A DNA stretch of 32,753 nucleotides. Source: Candidatus Sumerlaeia bacterium (GTDB taxonomy: Bacteria; Sumerlaeota; Sumerlaeia; SLMS01). Position 1 is the first letter of the stretch, and each line of letters starts with the position of its first letter. The notes beneath the pieces are model-generated. The model made no database searches and was not told the DNA's origin. It saw nothing but the letters and a program-made list of their open reading frames with translations. This document shows positions 19,858-28,779 of this stretch, in pieces. The stretch is from NCBI GenBank assembly GCA_038208905.1, contig JBBQYG010000027.1, positions 1-32,753 of the forward strand. The letters are read 5' to 3'. The position numbers were made by a program, and so were the translations under genes.

Positions 19858-19886
19858 TTGACACGGGGCGGGCGAGGCCAAAGCCT
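19858..19886 (+). promoter_or_regulatory. Putative sigma70 promoter of the beta-helix gene
   Basis: TTGACA-17 bp-AAGCCT, about 30 bp upstream of ATG 19919. Confidence 0.4.
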
Positions 19887-19918
19887 GCCTCTGGAGACGG
19901 TCCCCGGGGGAGACAGGA

Positions 19919-22411
19919 ATGAGGAGATTCAGCGTGAAATCAACGATGATGGCGCTCTGGCTGGCGGCGATCCTATTCGCCGGGCTTTCGGTTGTACCTG
20001 CCCAGATCCACGTCGCCGTGGCCGGCAACGACCAGACGGGAAACGGGACAGCGGCCAGCCCCTTCGCCTCTCTGAAGCGCGCCCTTCAGGCGAGCGGGAA
20101 CCTGATCCTGATCGAATCCGGGCAGTACGTGTTGGCGGAACCCCTTGTGATTGGGCCGGGCCGGACGGTGGAGGGCGGCTTCAAGATCATCCCCTTCGCC
20201 TCAACCGGCGGCCTCGCCTATGCCGCCGATGGTGCGCCCACGGTGCTGCTTGCGGTGGGCGTCCCCGGGTCCCCCGCGCTGAGGGTGGACACGGCCGCCC
20301 TCCTGAGGGGCGTTTCGATCTTCGGCGGATTCTACAGCGTGGAGCTACTCCCCGGCGGGCGAATTTTCGAGGTTGAGTTCGGCGGGGGACAATTCGCCTC
20401 CATCATGATCCGAACGGCGGGGGGAGCCAATCCGGCCTATGTCGAACGCTGCCGTATTCTTGGCGGCGGAACCGGCATCCGCGTCGATGGCGCCGCAAGG
20501 GCCTCGATCCTCGAAACCATGATCCGAGACGTCCAGTCGGGCGGCATCGCGCTAAGTGGCACCGGCACCGTCACCATTCTGAACTCTGTGATTCAGGGCG
20601 CCCTCGGCGACGGGATTACTATCACCGGCAACAACAACGCGGGGATCCAGAACTGCGTCGTGCGCCGGTGCTCCGGGGACGGAATCCGCATCTCTCGCGC
20701 CGCGCCGCTTGTTCGCGGCTGCCTTGTCGAGCAAAACCGCTTCGGCATCCGGATCAGCGACTCCACGAATCCACAAGTCTCCCACTGCACGATCGTCGGC
20801 AACCGCGAGTCCGGCGTGTATATGCGTCTGGCGAATCCCAATCTCGATGGCAACATCATCGCCAACAACGGGAAGTTCGGCGTTCAGGAGGATAACCCGG
20901 GCTCCATCACCGAGACCGATCCCGACGGAAATCCCATCCAGATTCCCGCCCCCACGCACGGTGGGTTCGTGGTTCGCAATATCCTATGGCAAAACTCGAG
21001 TGGACAATACCTCGACGAGAATTCCACAATCATCGCATCGCAGGCGGACCTCGATTCAGCAATCGTCAACACCGGCGAGGTCAGCGCCAACACCATCGCC
21101 GATCCGCTTTTCCTGGACGTTGCTAACAAGAACTATCGCCTTTCCGCGACGTCTCCCGCCATCGACGCGGCCCCGATTCCCGGGCTTATTCCGGAGGATC
21201 TGGAGGGAAACTCCCGTACCATCGACATACCGGGCGTTGGCGACGATGGGCCCACGGCCAACGTGGCCGATCTCGGAGCCTACGAGCTTCAGAATGAGTA
21301 CAGCATCGCCTTCGCGACCATCACTTCCGACAATTCCAAGGTCCCCGACCCGACATATCCCGGACAGCAGACCAACTACAAGCGGACGTCCGAATGGGAG
21401 TACCTCGAGAACTTCCCCGGATCGCGACCCGTTGTTGATTTCCTTCCCGGCCGCATTCGCCTCAAGGCCCCCGGCAACGAGGCGCTTGGCATTGTTGCCC
21501 GCCATCGCGCGGACATCTTCCAGGACTCAGACAAGATCCTGATCATCGACACCGAACTGGCGGCCCTGGCGCCGAGTGGTCGCCCCGGAATCCGCATGCG
21601 ACTCGGCGAGGCCAGCAACTTCGATATCGCCTCAACATTTGGCGTCTGGGGCGACGCCCCTTTCAGCGCGGAAACCGACGAGAAGCCGTACCCCCTCATC
21701 GTTGACCTCGTGCAGGGAGGCTATCGTCGGCTCGGCGCAAGCCTGCCCGAAAGGTTCAACACGGGATTCTTTATCGACTACGTGGACTTCTTCAACCAGT
21801 CGCTCCACACGGGAATGGACGTCAGGGGAGTTCGCGTGCGACACATAGACCGCGCCATTTTCGACGCTCAGTTCGACAGGCAGATCGCGTTCGATTCCTT
21901 CAACCCCGGCGATCCGATCGTCTGGACCAATGGCGGCGTCGGGCCGCCTGTGAACACGCCGCGATTCCGCTACGATGCGATCCGCGGGGGGCTGGAGATC
22001 CGCCAGCTCGCCGACTTCTCCTTTGGCACGTGGGCATCGCCTCCGGTTCCCATCGCGAGGGGCACCCGCTTCAAGGTGGACTTCAAGGTCTCCACTCAGC
22101 AGTCCGGCGCGGCCGCACCCGCCTTCCGCCTCCGCATTATGAGCCTCGCCTACCCGTTCATTCAGGAGATGATCGTTCTCCCCACTGCCAACGGCTCGTC
22201 CACCCCGCCTTCCGATGGCGAGCGGTACACGATGTATGGCTACATGCCGAACGTGGACTACCCGACTCCGTATCCGGCGCAAACCGGCGACATTCCCGAG
22301 TTGACCGTCTTCTTCGACCTGATGGGATTTTCCTACGACAATCGTTCTCCCACAGGGTCGGTTCTGCTCGAGGAAGTCAGAATCACCGCCGCGACCAATC
22401 CCCTCTACTGA
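19919..22411 (+). CDS. Secreted right-handed parallel beta-helix (pectin-lyase-like) protein with two uncharacterised C-terminal domains
   Basis: Signal peptide; HVAVAGND..GTAASPFASL (DUF1565-like start); repeated GIxI...NCxIxxN rungs; NYRLSATSPAID..DLEGNSR..DLGAYE beta-helix cap. Confidence 0.85.
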   Translation: MRRFSVKSTMMALWLAAILFAGLSVVPAQIHVAVAGNDQTGNGTAASPFASLKRALQASGNLILIESGQYVLAEPLVIGPGRTVEGGFKIIPFASTGGLAYAADGAPTVLLAVGVPGSPALRVDTAALLRGVSIFGGFYSVELLPGGRIFEVEFGGGQFASIMIRTAGGANPAYVERCRILGGGTGIRVDGAARASILETMIRDVQSGGIALSGTGTVTILNSVIQGALGDGITITGNNNAGIQNCVVRRCSGDGIRISRAAPLVRGCLVEQNRFGIRISDSTNPQVSHCTIVGNRESGVYMRLANPNLDGNIIANNGKFGVQEDNPGSITETDPDGNPIQIPAPTHGGFVVRNILWQNSSGQYLDENSTIIASQADLDSAIVNTGEVSANTIADPLFLDVANKNYRLSATSPAIDAAPIPGLIPEDLEGNSRTIDIPGVGDDGPTANVADLGAYELQNEYSIAFATITSDNSKVPDPTYPGQQTNYKRTSEWEYLENFPGSRPVVDFLPGRIRLKAPGNEALGIVARHRADIFQDSDKILIIDTELAALAPSGRPGIRMRLGEASNFDIASTFGVWGDAPFSAETDEKPYPLIVDLVQGGYRRLGASLPERFNTGFFIDYVDFFNQSLHTGMDVRGVRVRHIDRAIFDAQFDRQIAFDSFNPGDPIVWTNGGVGPPVNTPRFRYDAIRGGLEIRQLADFSFGTWASPPVPIARGTRFKVDFKVSTQQSGAAAPAFRLRIMSLAYPFIQEMIVLPTANGSSTPPSDGERYTMYGYMPNVDYPTPYPAQTGDIPELTVFFDLMGFSYDNRSPTGSVLLEEVRITAATNPLY

Positions 22412-22428
22412 AGGACGCCGCCCGCCCA

Positions 22429-24093
22429 ATGACCAGCGACCTCGGGGAGGTCTTCGCCCCCCAGCCACCCCCCGGCCACCGGGATTGGTATGCCTTCGAG
22501 GCCATCCGCGCGATCCCGCGCATCGTCCTGATGGTGGACAAGAATCCGTATAGCAAGACATACGGCTGCTTCGATCGCAGCTTCTGGCACTACCGCACGA
22601 TGGACTTCCCCTGCGGCATGAATCAGGAGTTCGTGCTCCCCCTCGCGCTTGCCTACAAGTACAACATGCCCCACAACCGGTATCGCGGTGCGGAGCGCCT
22701 CCGCGAGCTGGCGATGGCGGGGATCGAGTATGCCCGCGTCTCCTCCTATCCCAATGGCACCACGGACGACTATTTCCCCTTCGAGCGCGCGATGGGCGCC
22801 CTGGTCTTTTCGCTCTATGCCATGACCGAGAGCTGCCTTGAGCTGGACGACTGCCCCGATCGCTTCCTGGACTTTTTCGCGAAGCGCGGCGACTGGCTGC
22901 TGAAGCACAACGAGACCGGCAAGCTCGCCAACCACCAGGCGTTCGCGGCGCTCGCGCTCTACAATGTCTATTTGCTCACGAAGGACGAGAAATACCGCCG
23001 AGGCTCCGATCGGTTTCGCGACCTTACAATGAGTTGGCGCAATCCGGAGGGATGGTTTCAGGAGTACGAAGGCGCCGATCAGGGCTACCATTCCTGCACG
23101 ATCGCCTTCTTCGCCAAGCTCTGGCAGAAGTCCGGCGACGAGTCGCTCTTCAAGCCCCTCGTCGAGGCCGCCGAATTCGCCCACTGGTTCATGCACCCCG
23201 ACGGCTCCTATGCCGGCGAGTATGGCAGCAGGAACACCTATCATTTCTATCCGCATGGTTTCGAGGTGTTGGCGCCGTTCTCCCGCCACGCGGCGGAGAT
23301 TGCCGACTCGTTCCTTCACCGCGCGGCGCCGATGCGGAAGCGCTACTTCAACGACGACGACCGCATGGCCGCGCACTATGTCTATGACTGGATGCACGCG
23401 TGGCGCGACCACTGGGACGGGGACCGGCCCGGGCCCGTGGAGTTGCCCAACGGCGTCGAGACGCGCTGGTTCCCCAACGCCAAGGTCTTCGTCATCCGCA
23501 CGCCCGCCTACCATGCCGTGGTGAACGCCTCGAAAGGGGGCGCATGGAAGGCTGTTTCGCGCGATGGCGCATTTGCGGGCGACACCGGCCTGATCGGCGA
23601 GATGGACGATAAGACCGTGGTGGTGACCCACTTGGTCGCGAAGAACAAAGTGAAGGTGGACCAGGACGCCCGCGAGCTCGACATCGCCGGGGTATTTCAG
23701 CGCCGCAAGCAGCTCCTGCCCACTCCCTTCAAGCAGGTGCTCTTTCGCCTGTTCCTTCTGACTGCTGGGCGGTTCAACGCCAACTTCGTGCGGTCTGCCT
23801 TGCAGAAAGTTCTGATCGTCCAGAAGCATCCACTGAAGACGAAATTCCGTCGCCGCTTCAAGTTTCACGCCGGCTGGCTGGAGGCGGAGGACCACGTGAC
23901 GCTCGCCAAGGGAGAGAGGATGCGTCGCATCTCCGCCGGGACCGACGCGACCAGCATCTACGTGGCGAATTCCAACACCTTCCAGGAGAGCGTCCTTCTG
24001 CCGTGGACGCACTTTACCCCCGACGAAATCCGCGAACTGAATCGAAAGCGCACCGTCACAAAGAAGCGCCTGCTCCGGCCATCCAAATCTTAG
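22429..24093 (+). CDS. Conserved hypothetical (alpha/alpha)-toroid, lyase/heparinase-like protein
   Basis: Strong coding bias; YGCFDRSFWHY, ANHQAFAA, EGWFQEYEGADQGYH and MHPDGS. No signal peptide. ATG at 22429. Confidence 0.7.
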   Translation: MTSDLGEVFAPQPPPGHRDWYAFEAIRAIPRIVLMVDKNPYSKTYGCFDRSFWHYRTMDFPCGMNQEFVLPLALAYKYNMPHNRYRGAERLRELAMAGIEYARVSSYPNGTTDDYFPFERAMGALVFSLYAMTESCLELDDCPDRFLDFFAKRGDWLLKHNETGKLANHQAFAALALYNVYLLTKDEKYRRGSDRFRDLTMSWRNPEGWFQEYEGADQGYHSCTIAFFAKLWQKSGDESLFKPLVEAAEFAHWFMHPDGSYAGEYGSRNTYHFYPHGFEVLAPFSRHAAEIADSFLHRAAPMRKRYFNDDDRMAAHYVYDWMHAWRDHWDGDRPGPVELPNGVETRWFPNAKVFVIRTPAYHAVVNASKGGAWKAVSRDGAFAGDTGLIGEMDDKTVVVTHLVAKNKVKVDQDARELDIAGVFQRRKQLLPTPFKQVLFRLFLLTAGRFNANFVRSALQKVLIVQKHPLKTKFRRRFKFHAGWLEAEDHVTLAKGERMRRISAGTDATSIYVANSNTFQESVLLPWTHFTPDEIRELNRKRTVTKKRLLRPSKS

Positions 24094-24182
24094 GGGTTGC
24101 CATCCCCCCGGGGGGGCCTCGAATTTCCCCCGTCGCCCGGAGCCGGGCCGCGCCATCCCGCCGGGTCGGAGTTCCAACCCAC

Positions 24183-24860
24183 TTGAGCCAGCCCAAAGTC
24201 AACCGCAGCAAAAGCCGGGAAACCGCGCTCCACATCTTGTTCTGCCAGCAGTTCAGCGAGAACGACTTCCTGGGTTCCGTCGCTGCCGTCGAGGCGACCC
24301 AGACCCTGGAGACGCTGCAGGAGACGATGGCCGCGATCCGCCAGCTTACGGACGCCAGCGAGGCCGCCATGCGGTCGCTCGTTCAAGCGCGTGAGTCCCT
24401 CGCCGAGGCCGTCAAGCCCCCCGACCAGCGCGGCAAGTGGAAGAAGGGGACCGAGGGCACCGTGAACACGCGCCTTCACCTCGACGATGCACGAAGCGAG
24501 GCCATCGCTGCGGCCAAGGGACTGGTGCAGACCCTTGAGGGAGCGTCCGGCCTCTTCGATGACAAGGGCTATGCCGTCCGATTGCTCCGCACATTTGACC
24601 GCTCGCGGGAGAAGGTGATCTCCGTGCTCGAGCGCTCGCTCGAGGGATGGTCCGTGCGTCGCCTCACGGCGGAGGATGGATCGGTCCTCAAGCTCGGCAT
24701 TACCGAACTGCTCTTCTTCGACGACGTGCCGCCGCGCGTCGCCATCAACGAATACATCGAACTGTCCAAGCGCTATGGCGACAACGATTCGCCCAAGCTT
24801 GTGAACGGCGTTCTCGACCGCGTACTGAGGGACAATCCCCGCGGCGAAGAGAAGGACTGA
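24183..24860 (+). CDS. nusB: Transcription antitermination factor NusB with a helical insertion
   Basis: N-terminal RSKSRETALHILF; C-terminal WSVRRL...ELLFFDDVPPRVAINEYIELSKRYG..DSPKLVNGVLD. TTG start estimated. Confidence 0.88.
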   Translation: MSQPKVNRSKSRETALHILFCQQFSENDFLGSVAAVEATQTLETLQETMAAIRQLTDASEAAMRSLVQARESLAEAVKPPDQRGKWKKGTEGTVNTRLHLDDARSEAIAAAKGLVQTLEGASGLFDDKGYAVRLLRTFDRSREKVISVLERSLEGWSVRRLTAEDGSVLKLGITELLFFDDVPPRVAINEYIELSKRYGDNDSPKLVNGVLDRVLRDNPRGEEKD

Positions 24861-24899
24861 TCCGCCATCGTGATGCGCCGAGCGCCGGGTAAGCAATCG

Positions 24900-25793
24900 A
24901 TGCCGCCCTCGCGCATCCTCCTCGGCGCAGCGCTCTCCGTGCTGCTCCTTTCAGCGTGCGTTTCGACCGGCGCGAAGGGAAAAGCGGAAGACACCCCGCT
25001 CTCCACCGGCACCGCCCCCATCGAAAGCGAGCTGACCGCGCCCGGCGCCCAGCGCCGCATCGTGCCGTGGGATTCGGTGGTGCTGGAATCGGAGGTGCGA
25101 TACGGCCTGACCCCGCGCGAGAACGCCACAGTTCCCAGTGGATATACGCCGGGCCTGCTTGCGGCGGAGTCCCGCCTGGAGGCGCGCCGCCGCGCCATCG
25201 AGGACCTCGCCAACCGACTCGGTCGGCTTCCCGCGTCCGAGCCTCCGCCGGGCGAAAGCGTCCGCCCCACGGTGGCCGACCTCGCCGCGCGCCGCCCCGC
25301 GCTTGCCGCTGCAATTCGGCAACTGTTGACCGGCGGGTGGACGGAGGAAGCGCAGCGTCCCGAGGGCTCCGACGAGGTGCTGATCCGGCTTACCCTTCCC
25401 ATCAAGGAACTTGCCGGCGTCGTGCTCGATCAGGGCGGGGGCTTCTCTCCCACGGACACCGTGGCGGAGGAGCTGAGCGCGCGCGCACGTGCGCAGAATG
25501 CAGCGATGGAGGCTGCGCGGCGCCAGCTCCTGCAAAAGCTGCTGGAAACACGGGCGAGCGGCAAACTCACGGTTAAGGAGTGGGCTATCTTCTCGCCGGT
25601 TCAGGCGCAATGGCTCAATCAATACGTCCGCAGTGCCAAGGTGCTCCGAAGCGAGGCGCGCCCCATTGCGAGCGGGGGAGAGGAGTGGCTGGTTGAACTC
25701 GAAATCGACTCGCAGCCCCTTCGCGAGCAGGTGGCAAAGGACGAGAGCGACATTCGCAAGCTGATGGAAGCTTCGGCCGCGGCCAGGAAATGA
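24900..25793 (+). CDS. Lipoprotein with two LPP20-like repeats
   Basis: Lipobox LLSA-C; repeated helices EARRRAIEDLA and AAMEAARRQLL, each followed by TVxD/E and a terminal beta strand. Confidence 0.7.
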   Translation: MPPSRILLGAALSVLLLSACVSTGAKGKAEDTPLSTGTAPIESELTAPGAQRRIVPWDSVVLESEVRYGLTPRENATVPSGYTPGLLAAESRLEARRRAIEDLANRLGRLPASEPPPGESVRPTVADLAARRPALAAAIRQLLTGGWTEEAQRPEGSDEVLIRLTLPIKELAGVVLDQGGGFSPTDTVAEELSARARAQNAAMEAARRQLLQKLLETRASGKLTVKEWAIFSPVQAQWLNQYVRSAKVLRSEARPIASGGEEWLVELEIDSQPLREQVAKDESDIRKLMEASAAARK

Positions 25794-26401
25794 CGCCAAT
25801 TATTCTTGCCTCCGCGTCGCCGCGCCGCCGCGAACTGCTGATCGCGATGGGTATCCCCCACGACGTCGCGCCGAGCACGGTGGACGAGTCTCTCATCGCC
25901 GCCGATCACCCGCGGACGTTTGCGCTGCGCGCCGCGTATGCGAAGGCGATGGACGTGGCGCGCGCCAGCGAGGAGGGCCGATGGGTCCTCGCCGCGGATA
26001 CCGTGGTAACGATGAACCTCATCCTCTATGGCAAGCCCGTGGATCGCGACCACGCGCGCCAGATCCTCCGAGTGCTTTCGGGCCAGCGTCACGACGTCAT
26101 TACCGCCGTCGCCCTGACTTGCGCCGGTTCGCCCACCGCCTACCTGCGCGCCGAAACCACGCGCGTCGTCTTTCGCGAGTTGACCGAAGCAGAAATCGAC
26201 ACATACGTTGCCACGGGCGAGCCGATGGACAAGGCGGGCGCCTATGGCATCCAAGGCGCGGGCGGCGAACTCGTCTCCGCCATCGAGGGCGACTACTACA
26301 ACGTGGTTGGCTTACCTTGCCGCGTGGTGGCGGAGTTGCTTGAGGAGGCGGCACTCGATCTGAAGACGACGCTGCCACCCCCGCCTGAGCGCTGGCGATA
26401 A
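25790..26401 (+). CDS. maf: Maf/YhdE-type nucleoside triphosphate pyrophosphatase
   Basis: IILASASPRRRELL, ADTVV, GKP, EPMDKAGAYGIQG and GDYYNVVGLP. Confidence 0.95.
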   Translation: MTPIILASASPRRRELLIAMGIPHDVAPSTVDESLIAADHPRTFALRAAYAKAMDVARASEEGRWVLAADTVVTMNLILYGKPVDRDHARQILRVLSGQRHDVITAVALTCAGSPTAYLRAETTRVVFRELTEAEIDTYVATGEPMDKAGAYGIQGAGGELVSAIEGDYYNVVGLPCRVVAELLEEAALDLKTTLPPPPERWR

Positions 26402-26402
26402 C

Positions 26403-28751
26403 CTATCGCGACGCGGCGCCGCCCGGTGCCTCGCCGGATTTAGCCGGTCCCGCTTCCGACGCTTCTCTCATATCCGCGGCTTCGCTTCCGCGACTGACCC
26501 GCCGCATGACTTCCAGATACTCCGCCGCAAAACGGTCGCGCGACTGGCGCGCCATCACGAAGGCCGCGCCGTTGTTGCCGAGTGCCTCCGCCAGTTCGCG
26601 GTTTCCCGCAAGGCGCTGCGCCACCAGAGCCAGCTCTGCATCGTCCTCCGGCGGAAAACAGAGCCCCGCGTTGGCCGTCGCCAGCAATTCCGCCGCGTCT
26701 CCGCGCACGCCCAATAGCACCGGGCGCGCGACGCCCATCGCTTCGAAGAGCTTCGATGGCATCACGGTCTCGAACAATTCCTCGCGGCGCAGATGCACCA
26801 GGCATGCATCGGATTCCGCGAGCAGGATGGGGATCTGTTCCTTCGGGAGGAGGCCAAGAAACAGGACGCGATCAAGCCCCAGCCGCGCTGCCTCCCGCTC
26901 CAGATGGGCGCGTTCGGCCCCGTCGCCCGCCAGCACAAAGACGATGTCGCGCCGCGCCGCAAGGCGATGCGCCGCGCGCAGGACAACTTCCAGCCCGTGC
27001 GCCATTCCGAGGGTTCCCGCATACGTCACCACGAACTCATCCGCGATGCCATGCTTCGCGAGGAGTACCCGTCGGCGAGCGCCTTCCGGAGGGTGGAACA
27101 AATCGAAGTCGATGCCATTCGGTATCACCGCAATCCGGGCGGCTTCGATAGCCCCGGACTCCAGGAGCTTTCCCCTGTAACCATCGCCCACTGTCACCAC
27201 CAGCCGCGCGCGTCTATACATCCAGCGCGCCATGCCTTGCAGGATGCGATAGGCCGTGCTTCGCCGACCAGCCCCCACCGCGACGATGGACTCGGGCCAG
27301 ATGTCGCGGATCTCCAGAATGAACGGCTCCTTGCGGAACAGCGATCCCACGGCCCCCGCCATGCCGCAAAAGAACTGCGGCGATGTTGCCACCATCACGT
27401 CGTGCCTCCTCAGCAACAGGAGCGCCACCTGTGCCGACGCGAAGTAGGAAAGGTAGTTCAGCATCCGCCGATAGCGGCCCTTGTTGGCGGCGACGAAGCT
27501 CCACACGCGGATTGTGCGTATTCCATCCACGTTCTCCTCGCGCCAGAACGCCGTTGAGTAGCCCGCATAGGGCCAGCCATGGGGGGCGCTGGGGATGTTG
27601 GTGATCACGGTCACCTCGTGCCCGGCGCGGGTCCAGCGCCGCGCGTGCTCGTAGAGACGCGACGCGGGTGCATTCACCTCGGGATGGAAATAGTGGGAGA
27701 GAAACAGTATACGCAGCCGAAGCGGATCGCGCGCTCGCTCCATGCGCTCGCCAAACCGAGCCAGCAGCAGCAGGCCAAACGCATAGAGCGCCAGCAGGCT
27801 TCCGCCGCCGGCAAAGGCTATCAGAAGCGACTCCGTCGCATAGACGACATTGACCAGCACGCCCACCTGCAACACCACGATCCAGATCGCAAAAACGACC
27901 CACCGTTCCGTGAAGCCGGCCTCCAGCATCAACGACCGCAGGTGCCCCGTTCCATCGAACTGCTTCCCAGTGCTCAGGCGCACGAGTCCCGTATAGACAC
28001 GGTCGAACATCGGCACCGCCACCGCCATGAGCGTGATAAGGAACATGCCGAGCGTGAAGCCCCACGTGCGTGAGGAGATCGTGGTGGAGGCGAGCAGAAT
28101 CGCCAGCATGAACTGGCCCGCAATGCCCAGGCGAAGCCGGTCCTGCCACTGGTTCAAGAGCAGATGCCCCAGGCACGTTCCCGAGATCGCCATGAGGATC
28201 ACCGGCGCGCCGCCGCTCGACCAGTTGAGGACGAGGCCGGTTAGCGTGAGTCCGATGATAAGCGTGACCCCAGTCGCGAGACCGCGAAGACGGTCGAAGA
28301 TGTTGAGGCTCGTCATCAATCCCGCGTGGAAGAGCACCGTCACGAAGTAGTCGAGAAGCAGGCCGCCCAGTCCCTCCGGATCGCCTCCCACCGGTCCGAT
28401 GCGAAACCGGAATCCGAGAAGGAACCAGGCGCTCGCGAGAACGAATCGGGCCGCGATGGTGATCTGCGTGGGCGGGCGGAGGAGTTGCTCGCCAATGCCC
28501 ACCGCCGCCGCGAGGACCAGCGCCGCCGCAAGCGGCAGCAGCGAGATCGCTGAATCCAGCATTGGAATCATCGGCAGCAGACAGAGAAACGTGGCGAGGA
28601 GCGCGAGCCCACCCGCCAGAACCGCGCCTTCGGATTCCTCGCGATTCGGCGCAATCATGGCAACCGCCCGGCGCAGCGGCCAGAACATGATCGGCGGCAG
28701 CAGCGCCGCCAGCGCGAGGAAGAGGACGATGTCCTGGGTGGACGACATCAT
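26403..28751 (-). CDS. Fusion of a degenerate WecA/MraY-like membrane domain and a GT4 (WbuB-like) glycosyltransferase
   Basis: N-terminal ~340-aa polytopic domain laid out like a WecA/MraY-family (PNPT) membrane enzyme. C-terminal RILFLSHYFHPE, ATSPQFF, EIRDIWPES, YAGTLGMAHGL and PSKLFEAM. Confidence 0.88.
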   Translation of the reverse strand: MMSSTQDIVLFLALAALLPPIMFWPLRRAVAMIAPNREESEGAVLAGGLALLATFLCLLPMIPMLDSAISLLPLAAALVLAAAVGIGEQLLRPPTQITIAARFVLASAWFLLGFRFRIGPVGGDPEGLGGLLLDYFVTVLFHAGLMTSLNIFDRLRGLATGVTLIIGLTLTGLVLNWSSGGAPVILMAISGTCLGHLLLNQWQDRLRLGIAGQFMLAILLASTTISSRTWGFTLGMFLITLMAVAVPMFDRVYTGLVRLSTGKQFDGTGHLRSLMLEAGFTERWVVFAIWIVVLQVGVLVNVVYATESLLIAFAGGGSLLALYAFGLLLLARFGERMERARDPLRLRILFLSHYFHPEVNAPASRLYEHARRWTRAGHEVTVITNIPSAPHGWPYAGYSTAFWREENVDGIRTIRVWSFVAANKGRYRRMLNYLSYFASAQVALLLLRRHDVMVATSPQFFCGMAGAVGSLFRKEPFILEIRDIWPESIVAVGAGRRSTAYRILQGMARWMYRRARLVVTVGDGYRGKLLESGAIEAARIAVIPNGIDFDLFHPPEGARRRVLLAKHGIADEFVVTYAGTLGMAHGLEVVLRAAHRLAARRDIVFVLAGDGAERAHLEREAARLGLDRVLFLGLLPKEQIPILLAESDACLVHLRREELFETVMPSKLFEAMGVARPVLLGVRGDAAELLATANAGLCFPPEDDAELALVAQRLAGNRELAEALGNNGAAFVMARQSRDRFAAEYLEVMRRVSRGSEAADMREASEAGPAKSGEAPGGAASR

Positions 28752-28779
28752 GGCTACGGCTCTCCGAAGGCGGCACCGG

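Noticed and set aside
24104-24116. CCCCCCGGGGGG palindrome upstream of nusB
   Set aside because: Low complexity with no loop; plausible by chance at this GC content.
22405-24177. 590-aa minus-strand ORF
   Set aside because: Antisense shadow of the plus-strand CDS.
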